Part shown: in pieces, positions 59,952-64,000 of the stretch
Layout: each line of letters opens with the position of its first letter
Position numbering within the stretch: the first letter of the stretch is position 1
Source of the DNA: a virus
Lineage: Duplodnaviria; Caudoviricetes
Reading direction: 5' to 3' (one strand)
Length of the DNA stretch: 64,000 nucleotides
IMG/VR virus record: IMGVR_UViG_3300012983_000001
Span: 128,001-192,000 of that record
Program-made: the position numbers and the translations under genes
The notes under the pieces: model-generated
Databases searched by the model: none
The model's input: only the letters and a program-made list of their open reading frames with translations
Told to the model about the DNA's origin: nothing

Positions 59952-60258
59952 GATTAGTCAAATTGTACAGGACTGTGTCAACGGTTGCACTGCAAACAAT
60001 CTCATCGAAGACTACATGCATTTCATGATTAACTATTATGTTAATACTGAACATGGTCAGGGTACCAAGTATCGTTGTTTCGTATACAACATACAAGACT
60101 TAGAGGTCAATCTCTATCATATTATTAGAGAAAATATCTCTCCTACTACTGATGTTGTTATTACAGACATCACCGTAAAAGACAGTGGCGAAATCATTCG
60201 TGTGAACCCTAAGAATTATTCTTACAGCATGGACTATTTCATGGATATGCTTCGTTAA
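59944..60258 (+). CDS. Early hypothetical protein
   Basis: SD AGGAGGT; overlaps the upstream stop. Confidence 0.65.
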   Translation: MYKISQIVQDCVNGCTANNLIEDYMHFMINYYVNTEHGQGTKYRCFVYNIQDLEVNLYHIIRENISPTTDVVITDITVKDSGEIIRVNPKNYSYSMDYFMDMLR

Positions 60259-60260
60259 TC

Positions 60261-60316
60261 ATCTTCTATTCTTTGAGGGCATCACAATGAGTGGTGTCCT
60301 TTCTAGTGTAGAAGAT
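60261..60316 (+). other. Long bulged stem-loop (RNase III-like processing site candidate)
   Basis: ATCTTCTA/TAGAAGAT lower stem, internal loop, GAGGGCATCAC/GTGGTGTCCTT upper stem; no U-tract. Confidence 0.55.
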
Positions 60317-60346
60317 ACACTAATTCACTATAAGGAGGTGAGCAAT

Positions 60347-60499
60347 ATGACTACTACTTATACCAAGCACACACCAACAAAAGAACCTAAGAAAACATAT
60401 AATAACCATGCTAGTTTTGGTTTTTATCTTAGAACTGGTGTGCCATACAATCCTCGTATGAGCGAGAGAGAAAAGAAGGCTTTAATAAGCCGCAGATAG
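60347..60499 (+). CDS. Small basic early protein (50 aa)
   Basis: SD AAGGAGGTG before MTTTYTK; the upstream ATG in the track lies inside the hairpin. Confidence 0.65.
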   Translation: MTTTYTKHTPTKEPKKTYNNHASFGFYLRTGVPYNPRMSEREKKALISRR

Positions 60500-60504
60500 C
60501 ACTG

Positions 60505-60533
60505 GGTCCTGGAGTATGACCTAAAACTGCTTC
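60505..60533 (+). ncRNA. H-type pseudoknot motif, copy 2
   Basis: S1 GGTC/GACC, S2 GGAGTA/TGCTTC, loop TAAAAC. Confidence 0.6.
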
Positions 60534-60576
60534 TGTTACCAGTAAACATCCTAACATGGATTGGAGGTGATACGCC

Positions 60577-60753
60577 ATGGATGTTGATATTACACTGTCT
60601 AGTATAGCTGTGACTTATATTAAGCATGGACTTATGAGACAAGAAGAACTGGAAGGACATAAAGACCTTCTAAAAGACTGCTTGAATAGACGCGCGATTC
60701 AAGTATTTAACAACGGCCACGAGTACGATACTCGCAAAGACTATTTTCTCTAA
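60577..60753 (+). CDS. Small early protein (58 aa)
   Basis: Below the track cutoff; SD GGAGGTGA; MDVDITLSSIAVTYIKHG...RKDYFL. Confidence 0.7.
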   Translation: MDVDITLSSIAVTYIKHGLMRQEELEGHKDLLKDCLNRRAIQVFNNGHEYDTRKDYFL

Positions 60754-60769
60754 GAAAGAGGTGTAGGTC

Positions 60770-61840
60770 ATGGAAGTATTAAATGTATACGTTGGCAAAG
60801 AACAGGTAAAGTTCGATTTAGGTAATCTATTGGGTGTTGATGTAGAGATATGGGATAAGCTTACATATCAGACTGCAAAGAAACATCAAGATTTAATTCC
60901 TGCGATTGAGATATGTATCGAGGATTGCCTTGGTACTGCGGTAAATATCGTAGATGAGGTTAGTTTTAAACTAGCCATTGCTGATTTAGTGAACATTATC
61001 CAAGGTGATAATGCAATAAATATTAAGGAGGATACTATTATGATGAACAACACTACTAACCAGAACATGGAAATGGCAATGGAAGAGATGCAGAAGAAGG
61101 CAGGCATCGGAGAATTACTCAAAGAAACAAAGGATGCAGTTATCCACGGAGTAATTTCTAAGACACACAAGACTAAGGAACAGTACGTACAGCAGGTTGA
61201 TGAATCTGCTAACGTGGTTAAGGGTGCAATGGTTGTTACTCTTGACAAGATGTCCGCAGTGCTTGGTTACAATGCTCTAAAGGAAAGTATCTTAGGCATC
61301 ATTGAAGCAGGTACTTGTAATGGCAAGACTGATTTATTCGCAATGGCCGAGGAATGCAGAAAGCGTATTGACCTTGAGGTTGAGACACTTCTTGCATGGG
61401 GTAGCGAAGAAGATTTCAGAAAGGCTGCACAGTTAAAAGCTTTATCTAAAGACCAGAGAGGCAAGTCTATCTTTGAAGCTTTAGTATCCATGTTAATTTG
61501 GATTGCTAAATGGGTAGCTAAGACACTCAGAAAATGGTTCCAGGTAGACAATGAGAAATCCATTATTGGTGCTCTTTGCCGTGCTCTTTCTGGTTTTGCT
61601 GCTGTGGTACGTGAAGGCGTTAAGTTAGTATGGCACACTGCAAAGTTTGGTGTAAGCTTTGTAATTGCTGGCGCTATTAAGCTTGGCGTGTGGATTATCA
61701 ATACATTTAAGACTTTCTGTGAAGGCATCAAAGGATGGTTTAACAAGAAGAATGAAATGATTGATGATGAGGAAGACCAGTTCTTCTTTGTTGCAGATGA
61801 AGAGGGCAATCTTGTAATTCCTGACGAAGACGAAGAATAA
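60770..61840 (+). CDS. Early hypothetical protein with amphipathic helices and acidic tail
   Basis: 356 aa; in-frame internal SD/ATG at 61040. Confidence 0.75.
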   Translation: MEVLNVYVGKEQVKFDLGNLLGVDVEIWDKLTYQTAKKHQDLIPAIEICIEDCLGTAVNIVDEVSFKLAIADLVNIIQGDNAINIKEDTIMMNNTTNQNMEMAMEEMQKKAGIGELLKETKDAVIHGVISKTHKTKEQYVQQVDESANVVKGAMVVTLDKMSAVLGYNALKESILGIIEAGTCNGKTDLFAMAEECRKRIDLEVETLLAWGSEEDFRKAAQLKALSKDQRGKSIFEALVSMLIWIAKWVAKTLRKWFQVDNEKSIIGALCRALSGFAAVVREGVKLVWHTAKFGVSFVIAGAIKLGVWIINTFKTFCEGIKGWFNKKNEMIDDEEDQFFFVADEEGNLVIPDEDEE

Positions 61841-61850
61841 TCGTCACTAC

Positions 61851-61891
61851 TAGTCCAATGGGTGTGTAAGACTATAAACTGCTATCACCCA
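61851..61891 (+). ncRNA. H-type pseudoknot motif, copy 3 (extended S2)
   Basis: S1 TAGTC/GACTA, S2 TGGGTG/CACCCA plus GTA/TGC, loop TAAAC. Confidence 0.6.
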
Positions 61892-61915
61892 TAACTACTA
61901 TACATATACATGAAC

Positions 61916-61974
61916 TATACTCCCTGGTGTTACTTGAATACGTTTACGGGTTATCTTTAACACCAGGGGGTATA
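61916..61974 (+). other. 17-bp stem-loop (RNase III-like candidate)
   Basis: TATACTCCCTGGTGTTA / TAACACCAGGGGGTATA with one G-U pair. Confidence 0.6.
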
Positions 61975-61998
61975 TGTATATATCCCACCTTAATGGTT

Positions 61999-62054
61999 TG
62001 CTGTCGTAGCGGTAAAAGTCCGTTACCTGATGATTGGCATGAGCCGAAACAGCA
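61999..62054 (+). ncRNA. Hammerhead ribozyme, type III
   Basis: TGCTG-TC-GTAGCGG TAAAAGT CCGTTAC-CTGATGA-TT-GGC ATGA GCC-GAAA-CAGCA. GUC triplet, cut after C62005; 2-nt insertion before stem II. Confidence 0.88.
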
Positions 62055-62152
62055 TCAGAGATTCTCACGCGGGGATGGTAAGGATAACATCGTTAAGACT
62101 TCCAAACACTATAAACTATTTTATGGGTTGATAACCCAGAAAGGAGTATAGC

Positions 62153-63025
62153 ATGAAACAGAAAACAACTACTAGTCATGCAAAGAAGGCGACTACTACA
62201 AGTAACGCCAAGACCGCAACCAACAACCAGAACACTACACAGGAGGTAGCTACTATGAAGAACGCAAACGTACACGCAACTGATTATTTATCCAAGGATA
62301 AGATTCGTGAAGAACTTAAAGTGCTCGGTATTGAGTTATCCAACTCTAAGTTCAAGAACACCAAGAGAGAAGTATTACTTGAGATGCTTGAAGCTAAGAA
62401 GGCAGAGACTACTACTGCTAATGCAACTAAGCCTGCTATGCCAATTGCACCTGTATCTACTGACATTCCTGTTGGTGATTTAGAGATTACCAAAGACAAT
62501 GCTCCTCAGGAGATTCCAGTAGAACAGGAACAACCGAAAAAGAGCACCGTACAGATTCTCTACGATGTAGTTGCTAACTGCTGTTACGTACAGTATTACA
62601 GCAAGAAGCAGGTTGCTAAGAACTATGTCAGCGATTATATGTTGAAGTCCTGTATTAACCATGTACTTCACGGCAAGTACTCCAAGGAAAAGAATGGACA
62701 GGATAATACATTCACGGATATTCAGCAGAAGCAGACCGAGTTCATTAAGGATAAGTTAATCCAGGCTGGTTTTGTTACCGAACATAAGGGTACAGGTTAT
62801 ATCATCAAGGCAAGACTCATGGCATGGTACTACGAGGGAGCTCTGAAGCTTCATGTTGTTTACAGATTCCGCTACGAAGATAAGTCCAAGGGCTATGTAG
62901 ACTACAAGGTAGACTTTGCTAAGAACGAGCTGCTTAATCTCCGTGACAACAAGGTTACCAAGCTGGATGATGCAGGCTGGGCTAAGGTTGATGCAACTCT
63001 CAACTTCAACAGAACTATGAAATAA
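62153..63025 (+). CDS. Early protein with HeH/Rho-N-like nucleic-acid-binding motif
   Basis: LSKDKIREELKVLGI...TKREVLLEML; SD AAAGGAG; second in-frame SD/ATG at 62255. Confidence 0.7.
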   Translation: MKQKTTTSHAKKATTTSNAKTATNNQNTTQEVATMKNANVHATDYLSKDKIREELKVLGIELSNSKFKNTKREVLLEMLEAKKAETTTANATKPAMPIAPVSTDIPVGDLEITKDNAPQEIPVEQEQPKKSTVQILYDVVANCCYVQYYSKKQVAKNYVSDYMLKSCINHVLHGKYSKEKNGQDNTFTDIQQKQTEFIKDKLIQAGFVTEHKGTGYIIKARLMAWYYEGALKLHVVYRFRYEDKSKGYVDYKVDFAKNELLNLRDNKVTKLDDAGWAKVDATLNFNRTMK

Positions 63026-63064
63026 TGCAACAGCTCCTGGATGTGCTGAAAGGAGGTGATTAAC

Positions 63065-63118
63065 ATGCACATTCAAAACCTTTACCAACCGCTTGCTCCC
63101 GCTTTCCCAAACTGGTAA
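63065..63118 (+). CDS. 17-aa micro-ORF MHIQNLYQPLAPAFPNW
   Basis: Near-perfect SD AAAGGAGGTGA upstream; followed by a GC hairpin at 63141-63162. Confidence 0.5.
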   Translation: MHIQNLYQPLAPAFPNW

Positions 63119-63187
63119 CCATAATACGATGATAATACAACAGCGCCCCGTTAGGGGCGCTGACTCCAAGAAAGGATGGTGCTTTAT

Positions 63188-63601
63188 ATGTCTTACAGTA
63201 TCTTTGACAAATGTCTTACCGCAGATGGTTGCAAATATTACTGCAACCAGGTGGCTAATCGTCTCGGCCTTAAGCCGTTCTTTTATTATTACGACAAGCT
63301 CAACAATCTTCAATTCCCTGGGAACTCTAATGTACATTCATTCAAGGAGTTTCGTGAATATGAGAGCTGGAGAATTAAGTTCAACTTAACTAATCCAGCT
63401 ACTATTAAGAAAGCAGGCCTTGATGAGTATGTATTGAAGCATAAGGAGCTTGCGTTCCATTTAACAATTAAGGGTTACTCTTTCCTGTTAATGTGCAAAT
63501 TCTCACAGCCTAACCATAATGAAGCTGCTTGTACTATACAGGAAACTGTTAAACCCATTTATATAGAAGAAACTAATGGCCAGTTAAGATTAAACTTATA
63601 A
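63188..63601 (+). CDS. Early hypothetical protein
   Basis: ORF in track (63176); likely start MSYSIF. Confidence 0.65.
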   Translation: MSYSIFDKCLTADGCKYYCNQVANRLGLKPFFYYYDKLNNLQFPGNSNVHSFKEFREYESWRIKFNLTNPATIKKAGLDEYVLKHKELAFHLTIKGYSFLLMCKFSQPNHNEAACTIQETVKPIYIEETNGQLRLNL

Positions 63602-63614
63602 GGAGGAACTCATT

Positions 63615-64000
63615 ATGAAGAACACAATTATCGAAGCTATGAAGAAACTCAACCAGGAACTTGTTCACCGCTGTATTGTTTATGATGCTCCAGATATTCC
63701 TGACCAGTACAATCAGTGTGCATCTCTGGATGGAGTGTACGACTGGGGATTTACTGTTGTTACCTACTGTGATGTTCTTGACCCAATCATGACTTTCTAT
63801 GACTGGGAATTTCAGAGCATTGTATCCATTGATTTGGATGATGAGACTCAGTATCACTTACGTCATGGAATGTTATCTGTCAAGCAGTCCTATATGTTTA
63901 GTGATACGGTTCAGAAGTTTGTTGTAAATCTTACCCGCGGTGCTGCTGTTCATGAGAAAGATATCCAGGCAATTGGGTACATGCCAAACTTAGGTCTCTC
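63615..64000 (+). CDS. Early hypothetical protein (partial, runs off the window)
   Basis: SD AAGGAGG; MKNTIIEAMKKLNQEL... open to the window end. Confidence 0.7.
   Translation, partial: MKNTIIEAMKKLNQELVHRCIVYDAPDIPDQYNQCASLDGVYDWGFTVVTYCDVLDPIMTFYDWEFQSIVSIDLDDETQYHLRHGMLSVKQSYMFSDTVQKFVVNLTRGAAVHEKDIQAIGYMPNLGL

Noticed and set aside
58087-61900. Stop-codon readthrough stimulated by the downstream pseudoknots
   Set aside because: In-frame extensions are short (3, about 35 and 17 codons) and do not join downstream ORFs; stops are mixed TAG/TAA.
63023-63050. TAATGCAAC resembling a twister 5' segment
   Set aside because: No P4 loop (GTNACAAG) or GAG partner nearby.
57218-63857. Minus-strand ORFs over the early region, and plus ORFs 61927-62151 and 63093-63389
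   Set aside because: Shadows of SD-supported plus-strand genes, or they overlie structured RNA elements.
1-64000. Stop-codon reassignment
   Set aside because: Genes are full length under the standard code and end in TAA, TAG and TGA with tight packing.
56490-64000. tRNA genes
   Set aside because: No cloverleaf with a T-loop GTTCRA and matching acceptor stem found in the intergenic gaps.

Overview
The window is a segment of a large tailed phage genome, inferred to be a myovirus with a contractile tail. Strong AGGAGG ribosome-binding sites and sigmaA-type promoters point to a Firmicutes host; the genetic code is standard. Positions 1-57.1 kb are one minus-strand morphogenesis region. In transcription order it holds an HTH/Zn-ribbon regulator, small Gly/Ala-rich putative internal proteins with a TerS candidate, TerL, portal, protease-scaffold, a decoration candidate and the major capsid protein. 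It continues with a long fibre/appendage gene array, a holin-like gene, neck genes, two sheath paralogues, the tube and tube-like PG-binding proteins, and two tail chaperones. It ends in a >1,930-aa tape-measure-like ORF that the ORF track missed; this ORF carries an intact-looking PD-(D/E)XK (Cas4/RecB-like) nuclease domain and a degenerate SNase domain. After a strand switch at about 57.2 kb come plus-strand, early-type small genes. The most striking signal is non-coding. The early region is punctuated by three classes of self-cleaving ribozyme (pistol 58121-58184, permuted twister 58518-58592, type III hammerhead 61999-62054), three copies of an H-type pseudoknot just after stop codons, and two long RNase III-like stems. 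Together these suggest an RNA-encoded mRNA-processing system. The divergent intergenic region also holds two candidate anti-Shine-Dalgarno sRNAs, one complementary to the RBS of the adjacent regulator. All calls are by eye from motifs and synteny; no searches were run.
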